A stretch of 24,000 nucleotides of DNA, taken from contig NZ_CP042331.1 of assembly GCF_008253865.1 (NCBI RefSeq), positions 2,979,300 to 3,003,299 on the forward strand, in the 5' to 3' direction. The notes beneath the pieces were generated by a model that saw nothing but the letters and a program-made list of their open reading frames with translations, was not told the origin of the DNA and made no database searches. Shown here piece by piece: positions 1-8,217 of this stretch (within the stretch, counting starts at the first letter, position 1; each line of letters begins with the position of its first letter). A program made the position numbers and the translations under genes. This DNA comes from Bosea sp. F3-2 (GTDB taxonomy: Bacteria > Pseudomonadota > Alphaproteobacteria > Rhizobiales > Beijerinckiaceae).

Positions 1-142
1 CTTGCCGTCATCGACGAAAGTGGTGCGCCAAGGCGCGGTGGGATCATCTCCAGCCACTGGCTTCACTGCCGCCGATCCTTTTCGCCTGCTTCGGATGCCA
101 TGTTTCAGTCCCTGCGGTCTCCGAACGATGCCCTTTGGTAGA

Positions 143-154
143 ATAAACGATTAT
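143..154. promoter_or_regulatory. Operator-like near-palindrome ATAAACGATTAT, a one-position variant of the 249-260 site, in the AT-rich leader of the dioxygenase operon
   Basis: Read directly. It matches the perfect palindrome at 249-260 at 11 of 12 positions. It lies in an unusually AT-rich stretch (about 130-270) of a GC-rich window. Confidence 0.35.
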
Positions 155-241
155 TATTAGTCAATGGAGAGCCATGATTTAACCGTATGCGGCTATTTGA
201 GGCTTAATCAGCTAATGATGAGCGAATTGTCCTCGGAAATG

Positions 242-268
242 TTGACGAATAATCGATTATCGTAAATG
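242..268 (+). promoter_or_regulatory. Candidate promoter with embedded operator: TTGACG (-35-like, 242-247), perfect 12-bp palindrome ATAATCGATTAT (249-260), TAAATG (-10-like, 263-268)
   Basis: The hexamers and palindrome are read from the sequence, about 25 nt upstream of the GAGGAG RBS and the ATG at 291. The 15-nt spacer is short for a sigma-70 promoter, so the promoter assignment is tentative. Confidence 0.3.
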
Positions 269-290
269 CTCGGCGGCGAGGAGATCACTG

Positions 291-1184
291 ATGGTCATTC
301 AACGTCAGCAGGACGTCACGCCCGCCGTTCTGGAGGTCATGGAACGCACGCGAGACCCGCGTTTGCGCGAGATCATGTTCTCGTTCATCACCCACCTTCA
401 CGCCTTCGTTCGCGACGTCCGGCTCACAGAGGCCGAGTTTCGCGAAGCGACTGCGATCCTCAACGAGATCGGCGCCCTCGCCTCCGACACGCATAACGAA
501 TTCGTGCTGATGGCTGGCTCGTTGGGCGTGTCATCGCTCGTCTGCCTCCTCAACAACGGAGATGGCGGCAACACCGAGACGTCACAGTCACTGCTGGGCC
601 CATTCTGGCGGCTGAACTCTCCGCGGGTCGACAATGGCGGCACGATCGTTCGCTCCGACACCCCAGGAGACCCGCTCTTCGTCCAGGCTCGGGTGGTGGA
701 TACGGCCGGGCGGCCGGTCGAAGGAGCGGAGGTCGATGTCTGGCATGCCTCGCCGGTCGGGCTCTACGAGAACCAGGACCCCGAGCAGGCCGAAATGAAT
801 CTGCGCGGCAAGTTTACGACCGATGCGGAGGGTCGCTTCTGGTTTCGGTCGGTCATGATGGTGGGCTATCCAATTCCGACCACTGGAGTTGTTGGGCGCC
901 TTCTCCGGGTTCAGGACCGCCACCCGATGCGCCCAGCTCATCTTCACGCGCTAATCTTCAAGCCCGGCTTCAAAGTGTTGATCTCGCAGGTCTATGACTC
1001 AAACGATCCGCATATCGATTCCGACGTGCAGTTCGGAGTGACGAAGGCCTTGCTGGGCGACTTCGCGCGCCACGATGAGCCACATCCGACGATGCCCGCT
1101 GTGACGTCGCCCTGGTACTCCCTCGACTACACCTACGTCATGGAATCGGGCGAAGCCGTGCTTCCTCGACCGCCGATCAAGTAA
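291..1184 (+). CDS. Intradiol ring-cleavage dioxygenase (hydroxyquinol / catechol 1,2-dioxygenase family)
   Basis: 297-aa ORF with a GAGGAG RBS 8 nt upstream. Family-typical motifs are present: LGPFW, VDVWHASPVGLYE, NLRGKFTTDAEGRFWF, YPIP, RPAHLH and DSDVQFGV. Hydroxyquinol versus catechol specificity cannot be decided from sequence. Confidence 0.9.
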   Translation: MVIQRQQDVTPAVLEVMERTRDPRLREIMFSFITHLHAFVRDVRLTEAEFREATAILNEIGALASDTHNEFVLMAGSLGVSSLVCLLNNGDGGNTETSQSLLGPFWRLNSPRVDNGGTIVRSDTPGDPLFVQARVVDTAGRPVEGAEVDVWHASPVGLYENQDPEQAEMNLRGKFTTDAEGRFWFRSVMMVGYPIPTTGVVGRLLRVQDRHPMRPAHLHALIFKPGFKVLISQVYDSNDPHIDSDVQFGVTKALLGDFARHDEPHPTMPAVTSPWYSLDYTYVMESGEAVLPRPPIK

Positions 1185-1214
1185 CAAGCTTGCTGACTGG
1201 AAGGAGGCACCTCA

Positions 1215-1997
1215 GTGCTGACTGAAGACGACCATCGCAGGGCGGCCGAGGCCATCCTGAAGGCAGAGCGCGAACGGGTTCCATGCGTTCAGCTTTCGAA
1301 GATGTTCCCCGACATGGAAATCGCCGACGCCTATCGCGTCCAGGATCTCTGGGCCGAAGCGCGGATTGCCAACGGGGCGCGCATTGCCGGACACAAGATC
1401 GGGCTGACCTCACGCGCGATGCAGATGGCATCGAAGATCACTGAACCGGACTATGGCCGCATCCTCGACGATGCGCTTTACAACGACGGCGCGCAGATCA
1501 AGACCGAGACCTTCATCAAACCGCGTCTCGAGGTCGAATTGGCATTCATCATGGGAGAAGATCTCTCCGGCCCGGCCTGCCGCATCCACGATGTCATGCG
1601 CGCGACAGAGTTCGTTGTCCCAGCCCTGGAGATCATCGACTATCGGACCGAGGTCCCGCGCGCGATCGTCGACACCATCGCCGACAATGCAGCCTTCGGC
1701 GCAATCGTCATTGGCGGTCGGATGGTCCGCCCCTTCGATGTGGATGTGCGCTGGGTTGGAGCCACGCTGTCGCAGAACGGCATCATCGAAGAATCTGGTG
1801 TCTCTGCTGCCATCATGGGGCACCCGGCGGCTGGAATCGCCTGGTTGGTGAACAAGCTGCACGAGGTTGGGGCCGGACTGAAGAAGGGGCAAATCGTCCT
1901 TGGGGGGTCGTTCACGCGCCCTGTCGACATCAAGAGAGGCGATGTCATTTATGCCGATTATGGCCCCCTCGGAGCCATCGGCGTTTCTTTCATTTGA
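1215..1997 (+). CDS. hpaH: 2-oxo-hept-4-ene-1,7-dioate hydratase (HpaH/HpcG; 2-keto-4-pentenoate hydratase superfamily)
   Basis: GTG start preceded by GGAAGGAGG. Long colinear similarity to my recollection of E. coli HpcG/HpaH: GHKIGLTS.AMQ, EPDYG, EVELAF, VPALEIID, DNAA, GGSFTRPV. Confidence 0.88.
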   Translation: MLTEDDHRRAAEAILKAERERVPCVQLSKMFPDMEIADAYRVQDLWAEARIANGARIAGHKIGLTSRAMQMASKITEPDYGRILDDALYNDGAQIKTETFIKPRLEVELAFIMGEDLSGPACRIHDVMRATEFVVPALEIIDYRTEVPRAIVDTIADNAAFGAIVIGGRMVRPFDVDVRWVGATLSQNGIIEESGVSAAIMGHPAAGIAWLVNKLHEVGAGLKKGQIVLGGSFTRPVDIKRGDVIYADYGPLGAIGVSFI

Positions 1998-2006
1998 GGC
2001 CCTGCG

Positions 2007-2774
2007 ATGAACTTGCCTGAGAACCGCTTCAAACGCGCATTGTGTGAGGGCCGCCAGCAGATTGGCCTCTGGTGCAGCCTGCCAGGAAGCTACGCGGCCG
2101 AGGCCGTCGCCGGCTCGGGCTATCATTGGCTGCTGTTTGACACTGAGCACTCGCCCGGAGACCCCCTCACTGTTCTGGCGCAGCTCCAGGCGGTGGCGCC
2201 CTATGACGTTTCGGCCGTGGTCCGTCCAGCGAGCAACGATGCAGTGCTGATCAAGCGCTTTCTCGACCTCGGCGCTCAAACCCTGCTCATACCCTACGTT
2301 CAGACTGCGGACGAGGCACGGTCTGCGGTCGCCGCCATACGCTACGCGCCCGGTGGCATCCGGGGAGTGTCGGGACTGACGCGCGCGACGCGCTTCGGTC
2401 GGATTGCCAACTATGGGAAGCTGGCGGCAGATGAGCTCTGCCTCCTCGTTCAGGTTGAAACGCGCGAGGCGCTGGAGCAACTTGAAGAGATAGCTGCCGT
2501 AGATGGTGTCGATGGCGTCTTCATCGGCCCGGCGGATCTCGCGGCGAGCCTCGGGCACGTAGGTGAGCCCGGACATCCCGCGGTCGTCGAGGCCGTCGAG
2601 GGCGCGATCCGAAGGATCCGCGCAACTGGCAAGCCCGCCGGCATCCTCACGCCGGATACCGCTTTCGCCAAACGCTGCATCGATCTCGGAACGACCTTCA
2701 CCGCGGTTGCGATCGATGCGGGAATCCTTGCACGCGGCACCGAGGCGGTTGCTCGTCAGTTCATGGCGCCGTAG
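2007..2774 (+). CDS. hpaI: HpcH/HpaI-family aldolase (2,4-dihydroxyhept-2-ene-1,7-dioate aldolase-like)
   Basis: 255-aa ORF starting 9 nt after the hydratase stop. Similarity to E. coli HpaI as I recall it: FK.AL..GR.QIGLW, DWLL.D.EH.P, RYAP.GIRGV, LVQVETREA, VDGVFIGPADL. Confidence 0.9.
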   Translation: MNLPENRFKRALCEGRQQIGLWCSLPGSYAAEAVAGSGYHWLLFDTEHSPGDPLTVLAQLQAVAPYDVSAVVRPASNDAVLIKRFLDLGAQTLLIPYVQTADEARSAVAAIRYAPGGIRGVSGLTRATRFGRIANYGKLAADELCLLVQVETREALEQLEEIAAVDGVDGVFIGPADLAASLGHVGEPGHPAVVEAVEGAIRRIRATGKPAGILTPDTAFAKRCIDLGTTFTAVAIDAGILARGTEAVARQFMAP

Positions 2775-2931
2775 CGGTTCAAACAACCAGCGGATGGTGT
2801 GTTGGAGCGAATGTGAAAGGGAGCCTGCTTCCCGCGTCTGCGGAAGCGTCCGCTCACCACCCCGTTGCCGACCTTGCTGTGCCCCCGCCGGAGCCCGCAT
2901 AACTGATGCCAGCGTGACAAACGAGGCATCA

Positions 2932-3351
2932 ATGAAGATCACCGAGGCGCGAGTGTATGCCGTGTGGTGCGGTGCGATCCTTGTCGGCTCAATGGCATGG
3001 GCCTCCTCGGGTGAACGCGGAAAGCTGGATGTGGCATTTCGGGAAGCATGGCGGGACAGCTTCGGAACTGATGTAACTGACGATATTGCGAAGGAACTGC
3101 CTCGCAATGGCGAGGATGTTATCGCACTTGCCAGGGCAAGCGGGTTCATATGCGACCGCAGCTCATTGGTTGAGGACCGCCTCGTCTGGCTTTGTTCGCG
3201 ATTTGCTTGGGGCTTTTTTGATCCGCCGCTCCTGAAGCGCGAGCGGTGGATATTTGAGGTCGAATGCAGGGAAACTCGACCTCCCTGTGTGGTTGTAAGG
3301 CATCGTGGGCACGCAGCGAACGCGCCGTTGTACAATCCGTACGCGAATTGA
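2932..3351 (+). CDS. Hypothetical small protein with N-terminal hydrophobic signal or anchor (MKITEARVYAVWCGAILVGSMAWASS...)
   Basis: Internal ATG of the 2563..3351 ORF, preceded by GAGG 5 nt upstream. The upstream part of that ORF overlaps hpaI and reads as Arg/Ser/Pro-rich junk. Confidence 0.45.
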   Translation: MKITEARVYAVWCGAILVGSMAWASSGERGKLDVAFREAWRDSFGTDVTDDIAKELPRNGEDVIALARASGFICDRSSLVEDRLVWLCSRFAWGFFDPPLLKRERWIFEVECRETRPPCVVVRHRGHAANAPLYNPYAN

Positions 3352-3580
3352 CCGCTTCCCATCCCGAATCAGACGCCCGAATCTCAGAGCCAATCTTGTG
3401 ATTTGAGGCTTCGCCTGACCGATCTTATGACTGGGACGACGAGACGTGCTTGTTTCGTGAAGACGCCGTGTCATCGTTTGAGTGAAGGGTATCAGCCCGC
3501 CCGTTTCGATCTAAATTCGCGGTGACCCCAAAACGACATCGGCGTAGATTGGCGGTCCAAGTCTCTTCAGGAGAAGGGAT

Positions 3581-4282
3581 ATGGCTCCGAGCAAGATGCC
3601 TAGGTGCCCTACCGGCCCGATGCAGCCTGAGCTGCGCTTGCGATGGGAAGTGCAATTTGCGGCAACCCATTTCCAGCGCGTCTTCAATCAAAGCCTCTAT
3701 CCGTTCGTCGGGCATGTTGTGCAGGTGTTCGAGCCACCGGCCTCGCCAGGAATCCTGTTTCAGTTTCGCGATGGCATGCGCGAGGAATTTGCGAAGCTCC
3801 TCGACAAGCGCGCCTTTCCGCCCAAAACCCTCAATGAAGCTATCCGAGCGGTCGTTCCAGGGGCCAAAGCTGTCATCCCAGACAATCCGGGGATAGATCA
3901 CCGCGATGCTTGGTGGCGTCAGGCCGCAGCCGGCGCGGCCATCGGATCGAGCTTCCGCGAAGAGGGAACCGGAACCAGCCTCCATATCGCATTTAACAAG
4001 ACGCTCTGTGACGTACATGTCGACCGGAACGGCTTTGTGGTTGACCGCGACGGACACGCGCACTGGGATCTAAACGGCCTGCTCCGTCATCTGACGATCG
4101 ATCTCGCAGGCGATAAGGCACCTTGGCTGCTTCATACCGGCGTGGTGCTCGATCGCCACCAAAGACCCGTCGTGCAAGCGACCATCGGGCCTTGGTTTGC
4201 CGTTGATCTGCCATCGAAGGACGGCAATGATCGAACGGCGGTAAAGGTGGGCATTCAGATCACTGGCAGCTTTGGGCGGTAA
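3581..4282 (+). CDS. Hypothetical protein, 233 aa, no family recognised
   Basis: ATG with a strong RBS (AGGAGAAGGG) 3 nt upstream. The 3-prime third (4064-4282) is open only in this frame. The antisense in-register ORF 3425..4063 is also open, so the strand is not fully certain. Confidence 0.5.
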   Translation: MAPSKMPRCPTGPMQPELRLRWEVQFAATHFQRVFNQSLYPFVGHVVQVFEPPASPGILFQFRDGMREEFAKLLDKRAFPPKTLNEAIRAVVPGAKAVIPDNPGIDHRDAWWRQAAAGAAIGSSFREEGTGTSLHIAFNKTLCDVHVDRNGFVVDRDGHAHWDLNGLLRHLTIDLAGDKAPWLLHTGVVLDRHQRPVVQATIGPWFAVDLPSKDGNDRTAVKVGIQITGSFGR

Positions 4283-4456
4283 GGGGCTCAGTTACGCAGC
4301 TTCGGGGGGCATCCGGCGCTCTCACCGGAAAAGGAAGCTCCCTGTCAGCGGCAACCCTGATCATGAGCAGGCGGATCGCATGATCCACATATTCATGCGG
4401 TCTGGATCATCAACCCCGAGATACGAGAACTGATAGAGGCTCGGCTCGAAGAGCTG

Positions 4457-4726
4457 GTGTCCAACTACAACGGGCGATTTTATTGGAGGCCGGCAGACCA
4501 ACATCATGATTCTATTAAGAATGCGATCCACTACTGCCTGAAAAGCATCATGCAGGAGCAGGGTTTCTATCCCGGTAGAGGAGATCAATACGATGTCATC
4601 GGTCCGCGAATTCCTGACAAGGAAATCGCATTGGAGCCGATCGAGCCTTTTCGAAAGTTTCTCAAGAAGCCGATCAAGCCGGTAAGGCATCCGGAGCTAG
4701 CGTCAGCCCGCTTGCCCTTCATCTAA
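4457..4726 (+). CDS. Hypothetical small protein, possibly 5-prime truncated or frameshifted
   Basis: GTG start. The frame stays open upstream to 4367 with no canonical start. My hand count gives about 61% GC at codon position 3 and about 53% at position 1, which favours plus over the antisense ORF 4361..4690. Confidence 0.35.
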   Translation: MSNYNGRFYWRPADQHHDSIKNAIHYCLKSIMQEQGFYPGRGDQYDVIGPRIPDKEIALEPIEPFRKFLKKPIKPVRHPELASARLPFI

Positions 4727-4831
4727 GTCGTCCCTCACCGTGCTGCGCCGAATGTCGTTCCCAACCATGGTGTTCGGCGCGCTTATAGGATTATACTCCT
4801 GATACGATGCGTTTCTAACAAGGGACGCATC

Positions 4832-5044
4832 ATGGGCTATCAGCCGACAACCGAGCAGATTCGAACGATCTCCACGGCTCTGGTAGCGTTCTATCGCAAC
4901 CGATGGCTCGAATGGGGGCAATCAGACGGGCACGGCAATCGGCTGGATGACCATCTCCATGTGATCGAATTCCGAGTCTCCGATTGCGAAACTGACGAGC
5001 TGTTCGAGGCATTCGTCAAAGCTAACGAGGCCCTGGAACGGTAA
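4832..5044 (+). CDS. Hypothetical small protein, 70 aa
   Basis: ATG with AAGGGA 7 nt upstream. The composition looks like a globular protein. Confidence 0.45.
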   Translation: MGYQPTTEQIRTISTALVAFYRNRWLEWGQSDGHGNRLDDHLHVIEFRVSDCETDELFEAFVKANEALER

Positions 5045-5150
5045 GCCTATGGGTGTGGGCAGCATCACTTCGGGATCGGGTATCTCGCCAAACGTCCAGA
5101 TCGAGGAAGCGGCCTGATCCGAGCTTTGGTGATGGTCGAGCCGGATCAGG

Positions 5151-5732
5151 TTGAACGCTTCAGGATCGCGGTCAAGGAGCTGGGAGCGCAATGTCAATGC
5201 CACTGCAAGGTGGTTCGCTCTGGTAGTTGCAAGCGACCTTTCCTCGTTGCGCAATTCAAGAATTCTTAGAGGGTCTCGTCTCAAGGCCTCATTGTGCCTC
5301 CTGGCAAGTCTCGTCTTCGTCCTAATCGGAACGAGTATGATCCAGGAGACGAAAATGGCCACCGTCGCGTGGGGTTGGGCCTGCGTAGCGTTCTTTGGGC
5401 TGGGTGTCGTTGTATTTCTATGGCTATTAATCCGCCCTCAAGTTCTAATCCTTGACGCCGGCGGCTTCACAGTTGATGGCGGTCTTGTTCGGACACCGAG
5501 GTACGTCGCATGGCGGGATGTGCAAGGCTTTTGCGTTTTCAGCGCGGGACGCGGCGGCAAGATGGTCGGTTACAATTTTGAACCACACGCCAAGCAGAAA
5601 TCTCTACTCACACGGATAAATCGTAGCCTTGGTGCTGACGCCGGCCTTCCGCAGGGATGGCAGATCTCCGCGGAGCAATTGGCGGCGGTTCTAAACGACT
5701 ATCGACTCCAAGCCTTGGGCCGAGCAGGCTGA
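5151..5732 (+). CDS. Membrane protein with two TM helices plus a C-terminal PH-like domain (STM3941 / bacterial PH family-like)
   Basis: Two hydrophobic helices (LCLLASLVFVLIG, WGWACVAFFGLGVVVFLWLL) are followed by LILDAGGFTV...VAWRDVQGF, a pattern typical of that architecture. The true start may be the in-frame TTG at 5247. Confidence 0.6.
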   Translation: MNASGSRSRSWERNVNATARWFALVVASDLSSLRNSRILRGSRLKASLCLLASLVFVLIGTSMIQETKMATVAWGWACVAFFGLGVVVFLWLLIRPQVLILDAGGFTVDGGLVRTPRYVAWRDVQGFCVFSAGRGGKMVGYNFEPHAKQKSLLTRINRSLGADAGLPQGWQISAEQLAAVLNDYRLQALGRAG

Positions 5733-5777
5733 AATCCGAGCCATACTGATTTTTGCACGCTATCGGAGACACTCGAG

Positions 5778-6185
5778 TTGAGCAGGCATGTTCCGCTTTT
5801 CGTCGCTTTGGTTCTCGCCCTCGGTCCAGTCGCATCGCCGGTTGCTCAGACAGCATACACCTATCCGCAACTGCGCCTTGTGCGGCAGATCGCAGTCGCG
5901 ACCTATCTGGCGGAACTGTGCAACGCGGGAATATCCGATGCGGGCGTCGCAAAAGCGCTCCGCTCAGAAGGGCTTCGCGAGCAGGACCTACAAAGCGCAT
6001 TCCTCAAGGATGAAATGGCCAAGCAGAAGATTGCAATCAGGGACAGCTACGAAGCGTTGAGCATGACCATTCTGGGAAGGAGTGAAGCCTTCCGCCGACA
6101 ATGCGCCGGTCTGGAAACCAATTATGGGCCTCGCGGAACGGTTCGCCGTGGCTTAGCCATTCGAGCGGCGCGTAGTTCGGCGTGA
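5778..6185 (+). CDS. Hypothetical secreted protein, 135 aa
   Basis: TTG start with GGAGA 8 nt upstream. Clear signal peptide (VPLFVALVLALGPVASPVAQT). It starts 45 nt after the previous gene. Confidence 0.55.
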   Translation: MSRHVPLFVALVLALGPVASPVAQTAYTYPQLRLVRQIAVATYLAELCNAGISDAGVAKALRSEGLREQDLQSAFLKDEMAKQKIAIRDSYEALSMTILGRSEAFRRQCAGLETNYGPRGTVRRGLAIRAARSSA

Positions 6186-6366
6186 CGCATTGCGGTTGGA
6201 GAACAAGGAACACATGTCTGCGCCAGAGTAGACGTAGAAACCCAGTACCTTGATCGGTGGAAAAGCGGACTAACGGCTATTAAGGTTCCTCTATGTCGCA
6301 AACTGCCCCGATCTATCTGGCTATCGCTTTTGCTATTCTGGCGGGATCTTTGAGCTAGGGCCGACC

Positions 6367-6681
6367 TTGGACATTGAGCGCGACGAGACCGGCTGTCCGA
6401 CAGACCCAGCCCTCAAAGGAGCCTATCACTTGCTTTGGGTCTGGCTTCAGTACGGTAGCTCATTCCGGGATGAGGCGGGCGTTCTTCATTTTGAGCACTG
6501 CTGCTCAGGCGCGGGTGAGAAAGCGGCAGCCCATCTGACGTCACTTGGACTTGGCGCCAACCAAGGTTGGACCTGCGTTCTTTCGAAACGTGGCTTGGCG
6601 CTGATGGGATTGCTCGGCCCAAGCAGCAGCACGGCGGTCCGTTACGAGGCTGGGAGGAGGTTTATGCCAACCCCCGTTTAG
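6367..6681 (+). CDS. Hypothetical protein, 104 aa
   Basis: TTG-initiated ORF with a weak RBS and no recognisable family. Confidence 0.3.
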   Translation: MDIERDETGCPTDPALKGAYHLLWVWLQYGSSFRDEAGVLHFEHCCSGAGEKAAAHLTSLGLGANQGWTCVLSKRGLALMGLLGPSSSTAVRYEAGRRFMPTPV

Positions 6682-6756
6682 CAGGGCACGCGCCGTTGCA
6701 ATGAGGTTGGCGCCCGGATGCCTGGGGAGTTTGCGCGCTCCGAGCATTGGGTAGAC

Positions 6757-7062
6757 CTAATTGCGCCCGAGACGAGAACGCCACGCAAACGCCAGTGAAC
6801 CTACAATGGTCGCGATGCCGAGCAAGGCCAGGGCTGCGCGGGGGAGAAAATGCTGATCAACGACCTCCCAAGGCTCCCCTGTCACCAGCACTATGGTCAG
6901 GAGCGCCGTTGATAGCACTGGCATTACGAGGCCAACAGCTCCGAGGCCTATAGTGGTGCCGAAGCCGCCTCCTGAGCCAAGAAGCATCGCGAAAAGGCAG
7001 CTCAGGGCCGACGCAAGGACAAAGCTGCGCGTACCCGATTGGTCTGTTCCGCTTGTCGGCAT
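6757..7062 (-). CDS. Small hydrophobic membrane protein, 101 aa, about 3 TM helices
   Basis: Internal ATG at 7062 of the 6757..7212 ORF, preceded by AGGAGA 6 nt upstream. Its N-terminal FVLASALSCLFAML module is shared with the 14657..15184 protein. Confidence 0.55.
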   Translation of the reverse strand: MPTSGTDQSGTRSFVLASALSCLFAMLLGSGGGFGTTIGLGAVGLVMPVLSTALLTIVLVTGEPWEVVDQHFLPRAALALLGIATIVGSLAFAWRSRLGRN

Positions 7063-7902
7063 GAAATTCTCCTGCTCCGAAAAGCGGCATAGGCGAAGCA
7101 TTCCAATGTCTGCAACGGGGTGGATAGCTGAACTTCGCGACCGCAGCCGCAAACGACCTGATCGCGCCAGAAGCGGAAGCTGGGTCCTCGCCAGAAAGCG
7201 GACGTATGCCACGCAGTCGCGTCAGGATTAGAATCGTCCCGCCACCGACGCCGATCATGTTCATGTCAGCAAACTGATCCAGACGGCGAGACGTTCGGCG
7301 AAGCACGTTGCGTGACCGCGAACCTTTCTCTCCCCGTCCCTCCCGCGTTGTACAGCGAGGGGAAATCATCAACTGCTTCGTGATGTGCGGCGCAATATGA
7401 AAACGTGCCATCCGCGGCGCGGAGGCGTAAGATAGAAGATAAAGACGCGACCGTGACCGAGGCTTCCCCGCTCATCCCGTTTTTGTTGGTAAACGAGATG
7501 GAAATCGCGGAGGCAATTTGCGCGAGCAAACTGCTTCAGCCCGCACGGGGATATTGGCCAGATCAAGACACCGCCGCCGTCCAGCATTGCCGGAATGCTG
7601 CCCGTGCCGTCGTGAACCTCCTTTCAGCGGCATTGGCTGAGAAGGACAGGGAGATTTCGATACGTACAAATGAGCGGAACGCCTGCCGACCTGTACGTAA
7701 TCTCGCCGAAAAACCGCTCTTGTCACAGCCCAGGAGGATGGCGAGCGGGACGCGACCGAGCAGGCGGCCAAAAGGCGGCGGAGAGTTGGGCTGTGCAACA
7801 TGCTGTCGGGCTCGACGAGGATGCTCCGTCTCCCCTTGGCAGGCACCGCGTCGCCATGAATGACGGATACGCTCCGGCTGCTGCCATCCGAGCGCAGGGA
7901 GA

Positions 7903-8217
7903 GTGATGGAAGAGCGAGAACATAGGATCCGAGAACTCCTTTCCGAGGCGTTGGACCTTTGTGTCCGTGCGCGGAAGATGGACGCAATGGACAGGCGGGC
8001 TGCCGCGCTGGCAGCCTCTAGCGATCCGGAGGGGTGGCGGGCGAGCGGCAAGTTCGGCCGTTATGTCGAGCGGCACAATGTCCGGTATCCGCATAGACCG
8101 ATATCGACCCGCAGCGGGACCGTCTCAAATTGGTTTCAGGATCAGTACGACAAAGACCTCGCGGATTGGGAGGCTCGCACTCGCAGGGCTTTGATGAAGA
8201 AGCCTCGCGATAACTGA
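7903..8217 (+). CDS. Hypothetical small charged protein, 104 aa
   Basis: GTG at 7903 and ATG at 7906, preceded by AGGGAGAG. The composition is helical and charged. Confidence 0.5.
   Translation: MMEEREHRIRELLSEALDLCVRARKMDAMDRRAAALAASSDPEGWRASGKFGRYVERHNVRYPHRPISTRSGTVSNWFQDQYDKDLADWEARTRRALMKKPRDN

Noticed and set aside
1-66. Divergent partial ORF (GTG at 66, VKPVAGDDPTAPWRTTFVDDGK..., leaving the window)
   Set aside because: Only 22 codons are visible, too few to call a gene or a product. I mention it only as a possible regulator or neighbouring gene.
1410-3362. 650-aa minus-strand ORF spanning the hydratase and aldolase genes
   Set aside because: It is antisense to two well-supported genes with clear homologues. 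Its translation is Arg/Ser/Ala-rich with no recognisable motifs, a typical shadow ORF in GC-rich DNA.
3425-4063. 212-aa minus-strand ORF opposite 3581..4282
   Set aside because: It is a codon-aligned mirror of the plus ORF. Both of its termini read poorly, I saw no RBS, and the plus frame alone stays open to 4282. It is not fully excluded; see the finding on this region.
4361-5362. Minus-strand ORFs 4361..4690 and 4922..5362
   Set aside because: They are in-register mirrors of plus-strand ORFs. The bias between codon positions 3 and 1 favours plus for 4457..4726. The ORF 4922..5362 would overlap two separate plus-strand genes, including the PH-like membrane protein.
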